Shown: positions 10,081 to 19,235 of the stretch, piece by piece
How positions within the stretch are numbered: position 1 is the first letter of the stretch
Layout: each line of letters starts with the position of its first letter
IMG/VR virus record: IMGVR_UViG_3300036546_000248
DNA length: 64,000 bases
Source of the DNA: a virus
Taxonomy: Duplodnaviria > Caudoviricetes
Reading direction: 5' to 3' (one strand)
Position numbers and translations under genes: made by a program
Notes under the pieces: generated by a model
What the model was told of the DNA's origin: nothing
Databases searched by the model: none
The model's input: only the letters and a program-made list of their open reading frames with translations

Positions 10081-11544
10081 ATGTCGCTGCCCGTACCTAG
10101 CGAGAATATTAAAGGCATTGAATGTAAACACGCGGTTTACACACTGCCGAATGACGATGGTGATGGGGATGCCCTGATCGTCAAAGAAGTCATTCACACC
10201 AAAGACGGTCAATTGATCCCGAACCTCAAGATCATCGAAAACTACAAGCGCGATTTTTTCTATGCGCGTGAAGGTCAACGTAACTATACAGAAAAGAAGA
10301 CTCAAGAAAAAATTAATAACCTGCAACGTTACACCTGCACCCAACGTAACCTGCTCAGACAGATTGCGCGGGCTAAAGGGGTGGGTACTTTGCGTGGGGG
10401 TTTGCGTCAGATTGCACGCGACCCTTATTTGTACGGGTGTGACATCACCACACCCACGCTCCTTAAACGTGAATACCAACTGCGTTCTCCAGATTGCTTG
10501 TCCCCCAATGGCGTAGCGGTATTCGACATCGAGACGGATGTTGTCCACGGTACTGAACAACCCATCCTGATGGCCTTGACGTTTAAGGACAAAGTCTACC
10601 TGGCTGCGACCAAGTTCTTTGTAGGTCAAGACGTTCGCTTCTTGGAAAAGCTTAACAAAGCCATTGAAAAGTACTTGGAGAAGTACACTAAAGAGCGCAA
10701 CATTACCTACGAACTGGAGATCGTTGAGACACCCGGTGAAGGCATTCGGCGTTGCTTTGCCAAAGCCCACGAATGGAAACCTGAATTCGTCACCATCTGG
10801 AACATCGACTTCGATATCCCCAAATGCGTCAAGCAATTGGAAGCTGAAGGAATTGATCCAGCTCAAGTTTTCAGCGATCCATCGGTTCCCGAGCGCTATA
10901 AGTTCTTCCGCTACAAGCAGGGCAACGCTACTAAGAAAACCGCTTCGGGTCGAATCGATTCGATTCACCCAGCCGAACGGTGGCACGTAGCCGAATGTCC
11001 AGCGACGTTCTTTCTGATCGACAGCATGTGTGTGTACAAGCGTATTCGAATGGCTAAGCAAAACCTGCCTTCGTACAGCTTGGACTACGTAATGAAGGAG
11101 GAGTTGTCGGGGCTTGGTAAGCTTAAGTTCGAAGAGGCCGACGAATATGCAGGGTTGGCATGGCACGTGTTCATGCAGACCTATTACAAAGTCGAATATG
11201 CGGTCTACAACATCTTCGACTGTATCGGTGTAGAACTGTTGGATGAGAAGACCAAAGACTTGCAGCTGGTTATCAGTACCCAGTCGCGGGCTTCGGAATA
11301 CACCATCTACAATTCGCAACCTCGTCGTTTGGTGGATGACTTCTATTTCTTCTGTCGTGACCGAGGCTATATCCTAGGTTCGTGTAGCAACGAAATGGTC
11401 CATGAATTGGACGCTTACGTTGTTGGCATGAATGGACACATCGTGACCTTACCCTCTCACCAGACAGTGGATAACGGCGTCCGCGCTATTAAAGAACTGC
11501 CTGATGTAAGGACCTACATTCGTCGTCACGTAGCCGACTTGGAT
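10081..11544 (+). CDS. Split family-B DNA polymerase, N-terminal gene (phiKZ gp82-like), exon 1
   Basis: Exonuclease motifs FDIETD, WNIDFD and YNIFD; ends VADLD at the start of polymerase motif A. Confidence 0.88.
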
Positions 11545-11901
11545 TAATTAAAAGTCCCTTCAGACTGGAAGGTCTGAATGTAAACTCTTCTAATTGCTGG
11601 AAACCCCTGAGAGCTGTTCCACCACTGCGAGGCGAAAGCCAAAGCCACGGTTTGAAAACGGAACGGATTGGGCAACCGTGGGTCCTAAGGACCCCTTTAG
11701 CAGCCAAGCTCCTCTATGCGAAAGCAGTGGAGAAGGTTCAACGACTATCCCGCAAGGGAGTAGGGACAAGCGTCCCGAAACGGAGAGCACCCGACCCACC
11801 GTATGGTGAAGGGTGATGATATAGTCTCGGCATGTGGGGAAAGCCCACAGCAGTGCTTGATCGCACGGGGTAAAGTGTTGCGACTTAACCCGAAGATACC
11901 G
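11545..11901 (+). mobile_element. Group I intron (IA2-like, ORF-less, 357 nt) in the DNA polymerase gene
   Basis: 5' exon ends in U; P1 GGAU/GUCC with a U-G pair; P AATTGCTGGAAA; Q TAGCAGCC; P7 GACTA(11743)/TAGTC(11822); P3 CTCTTC/GGAGAG; P7.1 and P7.2 hairpins; terminal G11901; splicing restores DLD-IVSTYPN. Confidence 0.92.
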
Positions 11902-12132
11902 ATTGTCAGCACGTACCCGAACGTTCAGGTGATCCTGAATATCTCGCGTGAGACCACGCTTTACGAACTGTACAAGATCAAAGGGTGTAATGAATACCAA
12001 ATGAGAATGGCTGGGTATAACCTGACAGGCGGTCACGTGAATGCGGTAGAAATTGCAGTCGACATCATGAAAGCCCCGAGCTTTGATCGGATGCTGGCAG
12101 AGTTCCTTATGGACCATCCAGACGCAGCATAA
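11902..12132 (+). CDS. DNA polymerase N-terminal gene, exon 2
   Basis: IVSTYPNVQVILNISRET completes DxxSxYP motif A; spliced product is 564 aa. Confidence 0.9.
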   Translation: MVSTYPNVQVILNISRETTLYELYKIKGCNEYQMRMAGYNLTGGHVNAVEIAVDIMKAPSFDRMLAEFLMDHPDAA

Positions 12133-12143
12133 AAGGGTTGTAC

Positions 12144-12180
12144 GCTAGGCTCCCTAGGGAGCCTAGTGCTTTTATGCCGC
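12144..12180. terminator. Bidirectional terminator with TTTTATGCCGC box
   Basis: GCTAGGCTCC/GGAGCCTAGT stem between convergent genes. Confidence 0.8.
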
Positions 12181-12635
12181 TACTTCCCACACCAGTCGTA
12201 CTTGGTACCGCCGTCATAGGCGACAGCATGTCCACGTTCAACCATGGCGGTTCCTACATTGATGTCGTCTATGTAGACATCAGCCAAAAGACGGAAATAC
12301 TTATCTCGGGCAAGGTTATGGAGTTCGATCTTCTGACCGCCTCTCAGTGCCCCTAATAGAAAATCTTTAGCCAAACCTGCTTTGTGACGCTCCGCTGCTC
12401 GCAGGACGTCGGTACTGCAACTGCTGCGAATCTCCGGGGTGTCTATCCCGTTGATCCTGACAGGTAACTCATGACCAAAGACATCCAACATCCCAGGCAG
12501 TTGTACCTTAAAGGTATCGCCATCATAGACTTCGACTACATTAGCCGAAGGCATGCGGATCATGTCAGTGGCCCACAGTGGACTCGGGAGCAATAGCGCA
12601 CACAAGAAAACTACCCGGATTAAAAGAGAACGCAT
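12180..12635 (-). CDS. Thermonuclease (SNase-like) with signal peptide
   Basis: VYDGDTF, RINGIDTPE and DKYFRLLA motifs; MRSLLIRVVFLCALLLPSPLWA leader. Confidence 0.85.
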   Translation of the reverse strand: MRSLLIRVVFLCALLLPSPLWATDMIRMPSANVVEVYDGDTFKVQLPGMLDVFGHELPVRINGIDTPEIRSSCSTDVLRAAERHKAGLAKDFLLGALRGGQKIELHNLARDKYFRLLADVYIDDINVGTAMVERGHAVAYDGGTKYDWCGK

Positions 12636-12794
12636 ACCCCACCTCACCAAAAAAAAAAAGAAACAGTTAAGCCTTCGACACCCAGCCACAGAAGTGACTG
12701 GGCGCCTTGGGTCATACCATTTCTGGGGGGGGGGGAGGTTAAGTCCTTCTAAAACAGCATAAAAAAAGAAATGGGGTCCGAAGACCCCTTTAAT

Positions 12795-13112
12795 TCAAAC
12801 GGCGACCGCTGGGGTGCGTGGGTGGTAACTGGCCATGACCTTGAGGCCTCGCTCTTCTAAGTACGAAGAGTAGTCCGCCTCAGACCCTTGCTCTTTACAC
12901 AACCCAATAAAGTTAAGGAGTTTATAGGTCCCGGTCGAATCGTCCACCGTATAAAACCCAACTTCACCTTGCAGGTCTTCCATGGGGTCTACCACCACCA
13001 CGTGGTATTCACCATCCACTGAACGTACAATGTAAGCGCTGATCACACTCACTTCTTCAAGCCTTGCAGACGTAACGTCCTGCAAGGTATGCAAGGCCTT
13101 GGTGCCATTCAT
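12795..13112 (-). CDS. Hypothetical protein
   Basis: 105 aa; GGAG RBS; followed by a UUCG terminator at 12773-12788. Confidence 0.65.
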   Translation of the reverse strand: MNGTKALHTLQDVTSARLEEVSVISAYIVRSVDGEYHVVVVDPMEDLQGEVGFYTVDDSTGTYKLLNFIGLCKEQGSEADYSSYLEERGLKVMASYHPRTPAVAV

Positions 13113-13148
13113 TTACGTGTTCTCCCTAGAACTTGAATGAGCAGTCGT

Positions 13149-13406
13149 TCAGTAGATCCGACACAGAGGACGTGTGGAGCTAGCGTCGACACCCACAGTG
13201 ATGCACTTGGGTTCTTCGATAGCCGCTACATCTACATCAAAGTACGATTCAGTGGCCCAGGTAAACAAGAAGCCTACCACAAACAGGATCGACAGGTAGA
13301 TAATCCATCGACCTTGGCGACGCAGTTGGATCTGTTCACTGGGTGTGAGTGGTCGATGATGTACGTTCGAGGTGGCGAGAATCGTACTGGAAATGTTTTT
13401 GTGCAT
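13149..13406 (-). CDS. Small membrane protein
   Basis: 85 aa with one TM segment (WIIYLSILFVVGFLFTW). Confidence 0.55.
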   Translation of the reverse strand: MHKNISSTILATSNVHHRPLTPSEQIQLRRQGRWIIYLSILFVVGFLFTWATESYFDVDVAAIEEPKCITVGVDASSTRPLCRIY

Positions 13407-13728
13407 CTTCTTCTCCGAGTCCTAATTCCTGAAAGGCGTGCTTGATTTTCCGTCTAACCCAATAGGCAGAAGGAACCTTACCTCCATTCAACCGCTTGTG
13501 CGTATACTGCAAGTTACGCGCCATGAACAGGTAGTGGTACGGAATGTACCAGTACACAGGTCCGCTACCCCGACGAACGTGGATACTCTGAAACAACTTC
13601 TCGTTTTCGGGGGTGATGTTCCCAAGGTGGTATTGACGGATCTGCTCACGCTCTTCTTCATTCAGCGGTTCGTTGTTATGAAACAAGTAGCTGGTAGGTT
13701 CTTCGTGCTGGGGTTTGTGAGCGTTCAT
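13336..13728 (-). CDS. Hypothetical protein (WVRRK family paralogue)
   Basis: 130 aa; start overlaps the upstream stop; shares a motif with 14988-15416. Confidence 0.65.
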   Translation of the reverse strand: MNAHKPQHEEPTSYLFHNNEPLNEEEREQIRQYHLGNITPENEKLFQSIHVRRGSGPVYWYIPYHYLFMARNLQYTHKRLNGGKVPSAYWVRRKIKHAFQELGLGEEDAQKHFQYDSRHLERTSSTTHTQ

Positions 13729-13931
13729 ACGCGACCTCTTACGGGGTACACCCGTTGATTGTGCAGGGTGTAGGTGTGGTGCAGTTCATCAATCGCTTTA
13801 CGCGTGCGATGCAGGTTAAGTTCCACGAAGCGGCGTTGAGCGCTGTCGCTGGCTATCTTGAGATCTTCTTCCAGATGCCGCTCATTGGCAACGAGGCATG
13901 ACAATCGAATCAAATACTGTTTACGACACAT
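13725..13931 (-). CDS. Hypothetical protein
   Basis: 68 aa; fills the gap in a minus-strand run. Confidence 0.4.
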   Translation of the reverse strand: MCRKQYLIRLSCLVANERHLEEDLKIASDSAQRRFVELNLHRTRKAIDELHHTYTLHNQRVYPVRGRV

Positions 13932-13985
13932 TTACGTATCCTCCTAAGGATAACAGGATGCCCCTCCGAAGAGGGGCGTTATTAC

Positions 13986-14444
13986 TCAGTCGTCGTAGGA
14001 AGCGAGTTCCTCTGCAATCTGTTCTGCCTGTCGAGCACGACAGCTACCACAGACTTCATAGACCGGACCGTTTGAACCTTCATCGATGTCACGCGTGTAA
14101 CGAAGGTCTTTCTGGGTGGTGACTTTCTTACACCACTCACATTGAGCTTCGTCTTCGGCATGCCTCTCGGTGAAGTACTGCTGAAGCTCCTGCTCGAGCG
14201 TATAACACTCTTCGCAGTAATGGTAATACTCAGCGCCGAACGAATCGGTTTCGCCTTGTACACGCACCGTAGCGTCGTTCTCACACTGCCACTCTTCACC
14301 CTTGGCGTACTGAAGCTTCAGAGCATCAGATGCTTTATTAGCATCGATGATCTCCTTCATGGTTTCGAAGTAGCCGGATTGTTCGAACTCACATACTGTG
14401 GATTCACGAACAGTGGTGACACGACCTGGAAGATTACTGAACAT
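13986..14444 (-). CDS. Cys-rich (zinc-finger-like) hypothetical protein
   Basis: CEEC, CEWC and CGSC motifs; AGGAG RBS; early-type promoter upstream. Confidence 0.7.
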   Translation of the reverse strand: MFSNLPGRVTTVRESTVCEFEQSGYFETMKEIIDANKASDALKLQYAKGEEWQCENDATVRVQGETDSFGAEYYHYCEECYTLEQELQQYFTERHAEDEAQCEWCKKVTTQKDLRYTRDIDEGSNGPVYEVCGSCRARQAEQIAEELASYDD

Positions 14445-14500
14445 AGTGTTCTCCTTAGAACGAGGGGGGAATAAGTGGTTTGGTTAATCCACTCACCTAG

Positions 14501-14508
14501 GTAATATA
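14501..14508 (-). promoter_or_regulatory. phiKZ-type early promoter (TATATTAC)
   Basis: TATATTAC preceded by an A-rich tract, upstream of 14444. Confidence 0.65.
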
Positions 14509-14522
14509 GATCTGAGATTTTT

Positions 14523-14978
14523 TTATTTCGGTAGGCTCAAATCGAAGCATTCTGCGAACTCCAAGACGAACTCATCCATCCAATCTTGTACGTACATCAC
14601 GTTCCAGTAAGGGGTGGCTTGAAGTCGTTTAAAGTCCAGTCGGGAAACTCGTTGTAACTGACCCAAGATCCTCTCGATTCTCCGCATGAGGAAAGGAACC
14701 TCCTCCACTTGGGTTTGTACAGTTTCACGATAGACCACCAAATACGGATGGTCTTGGTGCACACTAAGCTCACTGACAACCACCTCGGCTAAATACAACC
14801 GAGCCCCTATGTCCACTTGGGCCTCAATCGGGAGGATGTGGCCATAGTAGTTGTAGAGGGAATCGGAAGTCAGGTTGAGGTGTGGGGTGCGCGGTACAAT
14901 CTGGGTAACAAACCGATCAAAGTCGGTAATCTCACGATTATCAACTTCAAGAACCAAATACCTGATTACACTCGCCAT
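14523..14978 (-). CDS. Hypothetical protein
   Basis: 151 aa; GGAG RBS. Confidence 0.65.
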   Translation of the reverse strand: MASVIRYLVLEVDNREITDFDRFVTQIVPRTPHLNLTSDSLYNYYGHILPIEAQVDIGARLYLAEVVVSELSVHQDHPYLVVYRETVQTQVEEVPFLMRRIERILGQLQRVSRLDFKRLQATPYWNVMYVQDWMDEFVLEFAECFDLSLPK

Positions 14979-14987
14979 GGAGCACTC

Positions 14988-15416
14988 CTACGTTTTTGGT
15001 TTTGCACAACTGTCGATCTGTTCTAAGAGAGCCACTTGGGCACGCGCTTTAAGGTACCGACAGGCCTGTTTGCGTTTGCGCCTAACCCAATGTGCGTCTG
15101 GCGGAAGTTGGTTATGCTTATTAGCCGAGACCTCTTGGGTGGACGTGTTGGAGAACAGTAACCACAACGGATAATGTCTCAGTCTACCCCCTACCGCTCG
15201 CAACACTATCGCTTGGCGAAAGGTCCGACGAGCCGCAGGAGATGCATCTTTCGGATTCTCAAGGTAGGTGCGAATCAAATGGGCGTTACTACCTTCGGGT
15301 TTGACACGACGCACGCGAGAATCTTTCGTACAACCCGCCCGCATAAAGACCACTGGCTGTTCAGGTTTGGGTTCAGTGAAACCTAATGCCGACAACAAAG
15401 AAGCGGGAAACTCCAT
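14988..15416 (-). CDS. Hypothetical protein (WVRRK family paralogue)
   Basis: 142 aa; AAGGA RBS. Confidence 0.65.
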   Translation of the reverse strand: MEFPASLLSALGFTEPKPEQPVVFMRAGCTKDSRVRRVKPEGSNAHLIRTYLENPKDASPAARRTFRQAIVLRAVGGRLRHYPLWLLFSNTSTQEVSANKHNQLPPDAHWVRRKRKQACRYLKARAQVALLEQIDSCAKPKT

Positions 15417-15475
15417 GTGACATCCTTAGTTTAAGTTTATTCAAGGTATAGTTCAAAAAAGTACGATATTACTAT

Positions 15476-15645
15476 GACTACAGGCAATGAACATTCATTG
15501 CTCACGAGGAGGTGATCCACTGAGGGGTCTGGTCCTGCCGAGACGGCACCATCCAGCCCAGTACCAGCGCCTGTATAGTGACTGCTGAGAAGCAGCCATG
15601 ACTTCAGCCTCTAAAGCCCTCACCCGAAGGTGAGGGCTTTATGCT
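15476..15645 (+). ncRNA. Candidate structured small RNA with extended complement to the 16S rRNA 3' end
   Basis: No convincing ORF; GATATTAC/TATG promoter-like signal at 15465-15476; closing stem TACAGGC/GCCTGTA; several hairpins including a GAGA tetraloop; ends at hairpin 15613-15640 plus TTTATGCTGC. Confidence 0.55.
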
Positions 15646-15647
15646 GC

Positions 15648-16115
15648 TTAGGGCTTTTGGTGACAGAACGAATCGGGCCAATAGTGCAGGACTGCATCCA
15701 TGGTGGTGGACTTGGCTTTGACTAACGAGATCCCTTCGAAATGCGGGAAGAAGAGTTTCTCGTAACGGGGGGTACTGACCTCCACTGTAATCGGTCGACA
15801 GTCTTCGCTGGCGACGAAGAAGACGATGTCCTGACTGAGCAACGGACTCTCCAACCACTGCTGAGGGGGCTTTAAACCCCAGCCCACGTAGCGAGTCATC
15901 ATTGCCTGATACATCTCAGGTGTGATGCCAGAGGTGGCGATTGGGTGAACAAAATAGTCGGGTGAATTGAAGCCTTCGGGAACTTCGCACATAAACTCAA
16001 TGTTACCCAACTGAGAACGAGCCAACGCATAAGGGAATGGGGGTGGGGCGTTCAGTAAAACGGGTTCTGGTGCGGGTTGTAGAAAGTCTACTTTACAACG
16101 TACTAACACGTACAT
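15648..16115 (-). CDS. Hypothetical protein
   Basis: 155 aa; early promoter upstream. Confidence 0.65.
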   Translation of the reverse strand: MYVLVRCKVDFLQPAPEPVLLNAPPPFPYALARSQLGNIEFMCEVPEGFNSPDYFVHPIATSGITPEMYQAMMTRYVGWGLKPPQQWLESPLLSQDIVFFVASEDCRPITVEVSTPRYEKLFFPHFEGISLVKAKSTTMDAVLHYWPDSFCHQKP

Positions 16116-16164
16116 GGATGCTTAATCCTCGTTGCGTTTAAACAAGTATGTCACTTGCCTATGG

Positions 16165-16181
16165 GTAATATAGGTTTCAAA
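16165..16181 (-). promoter_or_regulatory. phiKZ-type early promoter
   Basis: TTTGAAACCTATATTAC on the minus strand. Confidence 0.7.
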
Positions 16182-16236
16182 TACTTTTTACTGGAAGGGG
16201 CATAAAAAACATCAGGTGAGTTACCCCACCTGAGTC

Positions 16237-16695
16237 TTAAAGGATGCGGTTGTACAGGTAGATGTGGACGGGAAGGTCAATGTCCGTCAATTTCTCATGG
16301 AGGAGGGGGCGAAGGAACTTAATGTAATCAAGCCCCCCATAACCACAACCCAAAGGCGGAAGCCCCAGTTCTGTGATCCCCATCTCTTTATAGTTCGCCA
16401 CAAGGTAATCCAGCCCCTCGATGACGTACTCTGGTTTAGACGGATTTTTCCAGTGTGCTTTGGTGGGAAACAATAGGACCTGATGACGTGACTTTGGGAT
16501 CTTATACAGTTGGGGTTGCCCCACCTTCAATTCACCCTTGTCACACAGATCTTTGTAGAAGTCGAAGAGCCCCCTCACCCGTTGTTTCATGGCCAATGCC
16601 AACCCATTCCCCATCACCCCTACCGTATTAACCGGGGCTGTGATAGTTTGCAACCGGGTATCAAACAAGGACCCTTCGCCTTCATACACGATCAT
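16237..16695 (-). CDS. Macrodomain ADP-ribosylglycohydrolase (DarG-like)
   Basis: VNTVGVMGNGLA, FPTKAHW and PPLGCGYGGL motifs. Confidence 0.85.
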   Translation of the reverse strand: MIVYEGEGSLFDTRLQTITAPVNTVGVMGNGLALAMKQRVRGLFDFYKDLCDKGELKVGQPQLYKIPKSRHQVLLFPTKAHWKNPSKPEYVIEGLDYLVANYKEMGITELGLPPLGCGYGGLDYIKFLRPLLHEKLTDIDLPVHIYLYNRIL

Positions 16696-17132
16696 CGCTT
16701 CGCGCCTCCTAAACCCACACCAGCGGCGGCCTGTGCCTGCTGGGCTGCCCGAATTTGCTTTTGAGTTTCAGCCGTCATGCGAGCCGCTTTCTCAGAAGAG
16801 ATTCGTAACATCAAAGCACAGTACTCGCGGGGCATGTTGAGGAAGTCCACAATAGACACCCCCCACTCTTTATGAACCTCGTACAGATGGTACTGATAAA
16901 AGGTTCGGTAAAGCGTCCCGTATTCTGACACATCTTCTTTTGGCTGATACTCAACCAACGCCAAGGGGTTAGCAGATGGGCTGCCGTGATCACAAATCCC
17001 GTACTGGGTTTCGTAGGCATCGCGCATCACCACCTGCGCCGCTATATTGTCCAACTGCTTTCCTTGTTCAAGGATTTTATCCAGCAAGGTCGGCTTGTTA
17101 TAAAACCGTGCCCCGAAGCCCGGTAACAACAC
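16692..17132 (-). CDS. Conserved chimallivirus hypothetical protein
   Basis: 146 aa; stop overlaps the macrodomain ATG. Confidence 0.6.
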   Translation of the reverse strand: MLLPGFGARFYNKPTLLDKILEQGKQLDNIAAQVVMRDAYETQYGICDHGSPSANPLALVEYQPKEDVSEYGTLYRTFYQYHLYEVHKEWGVSIVDFLNMPREYCALMLRISSEKAARMTAETQKQIRAAQQAQAAAGVGLGGAKR

Positions 17133-17161
17133 GTGGCTGTCTTGGTCTTCGGGGTTAACGG

Positions 17162-18679
17162 TTAAAGGGAGGACTTTATGAGTACCTTGTAGATGCGTTG
17201 GTTGAGCAGGGTAAAAAAAACTTGCGCCACATCAATCGGTACGACGTACGGACTGAACTGGGCCTCGTCTTCCTTAACCTGGTTGGCCTTACACACCGGG
17301 CACTCGTGCTTGGGCAGACCGATTACCGAAACAGTCACCGAGTTGATGTACTCACTCACCGCTGCCAAGGTGGTGGTGCGGGTCTCTTCATCGGCAGTCA
17401 ATACACCCATGAGGTTTTCGATCGTGTCACGGTCAGTGCCGATTTCCGCCTCTTCGATATGCACTTCCTTCACCCAGTGACCGTACTGACGCAGGTTGGT
17501 CAAACGCCCCTGGTTGGTGATGTAGGCATCGCGCTCATCGCCACGGATGTTCTCACCGAATGCACCTTCCATCACCTTGATGATGTTGGCAATCCAGGCG
17601 TTGCCCGAATTGTAGTACTGTTCGATGGTTGGGACCGCCAGAGTGATGGCGATTTGGTCGGTGATGGACACCCGACGTTCTTGGTTGTACTTGTGCTCTT
17701 CGGCGTAGCGCTTGAGGTCTTCGTCGGACATCCGCGCCTTGCGCTGAGACATGCGCTTGGTCTGCCATTCCGACAGCGCCGCACGGTTGGTCCACATCAG
17801 CTTGCTGAGATTCAGCAGGGCTTCGAACACATGGTTGCACACCTTCTCGGTGTTGATACAGCCACGCGAATACGGGTAACCGTTCGGGTAGATGGCCGAT
17901 GCCAGACCCCAAAGGATCAACGGGATATCGGTCACCAACACAATGCTTTCCAAGTACTTGGGCGACATTTCTTTAGCGTTGGTGTCGTAGACGTGCTGGA
18001 GTGCAAAATCCAGCAGATCGTTGATCAGGTGAACCGCGGTGTTCGAAAACACCAGACCGTTGGTCATACGACCCAGCGTCACTTTTGCCGAACCGACACG
18101 ACGCTCCAGTTCGAGGATCGACGCTTCAGACGGCGCTTTGAAACTGACCCAGATACCAGTATGCCACAGCGGTACTTGGTGGATGGTACCCAAACCCAGC
18201 GCAGCCGTCATGCGCATGACAGCACGCTCGCCAGTCAGGACAGTACCGGACTCTGCAAAGCGCGGACGGGAGATGCCCATGGGTTGGCCAGCCGACTCAA
18301 CGGTCTGTTGCCAGTCACCGCCTTCTTGGTCCAGCGCTGCTTGGAAGGGTTCGTTGCGCAGCAGGTTGGCAGAACCACGTTCGAGCGATTCAACCCAACG
18401 GCGAGTACCAGCATCACCTTCGACCTCGATGTTCGGGTGGTTATCACCGGTCTCTTTGAGATCGCCCAGTGTCCCGTTGATGAACGTCAGGTGTAGGTTG
18501 GGATCGGCGAAGATCGCTTTGGCATCGGCACCGGAGTACGGTTTGTCGATGGGGTACTGAAGACGAACATTGAGGTTAACCGCTTTCGGGGCGTAGCTAC
18601 TGGTCGACTTCGAGTTCAGGGTGTTCTCGACACCTTCTTCGGGTGCGTTCTCGGGTGTTGGCAGTTCGTTCTCAGACAT
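17162..18679 (-). CDS. Conserved chimallivirus protein with C-terminal CxxC (about gp77)
   Basis: Probable start MSENELP immediately after the upstream stop; CPVC; synteny. Confidence 0.6.
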   Translation of the reverse strand: MSENELPTPENAPEEGVENTLNSKSTSSYAPKAVNLNVRLQYPIDKPYSGADAKAIFADPNLHLTFINGTLGDLKETGDNHPNIEVEGDAGTRRWVESLERGSANLLRNEPFQAALDQEGGDWQQTVESAGQPMGISRPRFAESGTVLTGERAVMRMTAALGLGTIHQVPLWHTGIWVSFKAPSEASILELERRVGSAKVTLGRMTNGLVFSNTAVHLINDLLDFALQHVYDTNAKEMSPKYLESIVLVTDIPLILWGLASAIYPNGYPYSRGCINTEKVCNHVFEALLNLSKLMWTNRAALSEWQTKRMSQRKARMSDEDLKRYAEEHKYNQERRVSITDQIAITLAVPTIEQYYNSGNAWIANIIKVMEGAFGENIRGDERDAYITNQGRLTNLRQYGHWVKEVHIEEAEIGTDRDTIENLMGVLTADEETRTTTLAAVSEYINSVTVSVIGLPKHECPVCKANQVKEDEAQFSPYVVPIDVAQVFFTLLNQRIYKVLIKSSL

Positions 18680-18681
18680 TG

Positions 18682-19131
18682 TTACACCTGCGGGTTCTGA
18701 TTGAGTTGGTTGAAAAGGTCGGTGATCTGCATAGCAGTCGGCACCACGACCAATTGATATGACGTGATCCACTGATCATAGGCCTGTGCCACATCCATCA
18801 GGAGGGCCAGTTTAGGCAGGTCGACTACGCCACCACGGTGTTGATCGACTGCAGCGTTCAGTTGATTCAGTCGTGTACTGAAATCCTGAACGTCGCGATT
18901 CAGTGTATTGGCCAGTTGCATCAGCGAAGCTTTATCCGCAACGCGTGCCACCAGTTCCTGATTGCGCAGAAGAGCAACCACCTGTGTGGGCGACTGGTTC
19001 AGCTGGAAGCACTGAGCTTGCAAATGGCTCAGATCATTCCAGATGTTTTCGAAGTCTTTGCGCTCCTGAATCAGCTCTTTAAGACTGTTCGGCCCACGCT
19101 TGACGTAGGAAGGGTTGTGCTTACGGGACAT
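18682..19131 (-). CDS. Hypothetical coiled-coil protein
   Basis: About 149 aa from MSRKHNP. Confidence 0.6.
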   Translation of the reverse strand: MSRKHNPSYVKRGPNSLKELIQERKDFENIWNDLSHLQAQCFQLNQSPTQVVALLRNQELVARVADKASLMQLANTLNRDVQDFSTRLNQLNAAVDQHRGGVVDLPKLALLMDVAQAYDQWITSYQLVVVPTAMQITDLFNQLNQNPQV

Positions 19132-19235
19132 AACGTATTCCGCCTTTTGTAAATTGATTCGTGGGCTCGGGAACAATTTTCGAGCATGGTCTCGTATAAT
19201 TTGGGAAGGTCGTATTATTTAACCGGAGGTTCATT

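Noticed and set aside
8494-11319. 941-aa ORF as a single protein
   Set aside because: The upstream ~520 codons are antisense to the DNA polymerase gene and cross a terminator; the credible start is 9756
11803-12132. Independent 109-aa gene
   Set aside because: Its first 33 codons are intron core; the rest is polymerase exon 2
12725-12735. G11 tract and several A10-A11 tracts as phase-variation sites
   Set aside because: They are intergenic or terminator-associated, do not disrupt an ORF, and their lengths may be sequencing artefacts
15585-15600. SRP RNA (GAAGCAGCCA)
   Set aside because: The 5' half of the SRP helix-8 motif is absent
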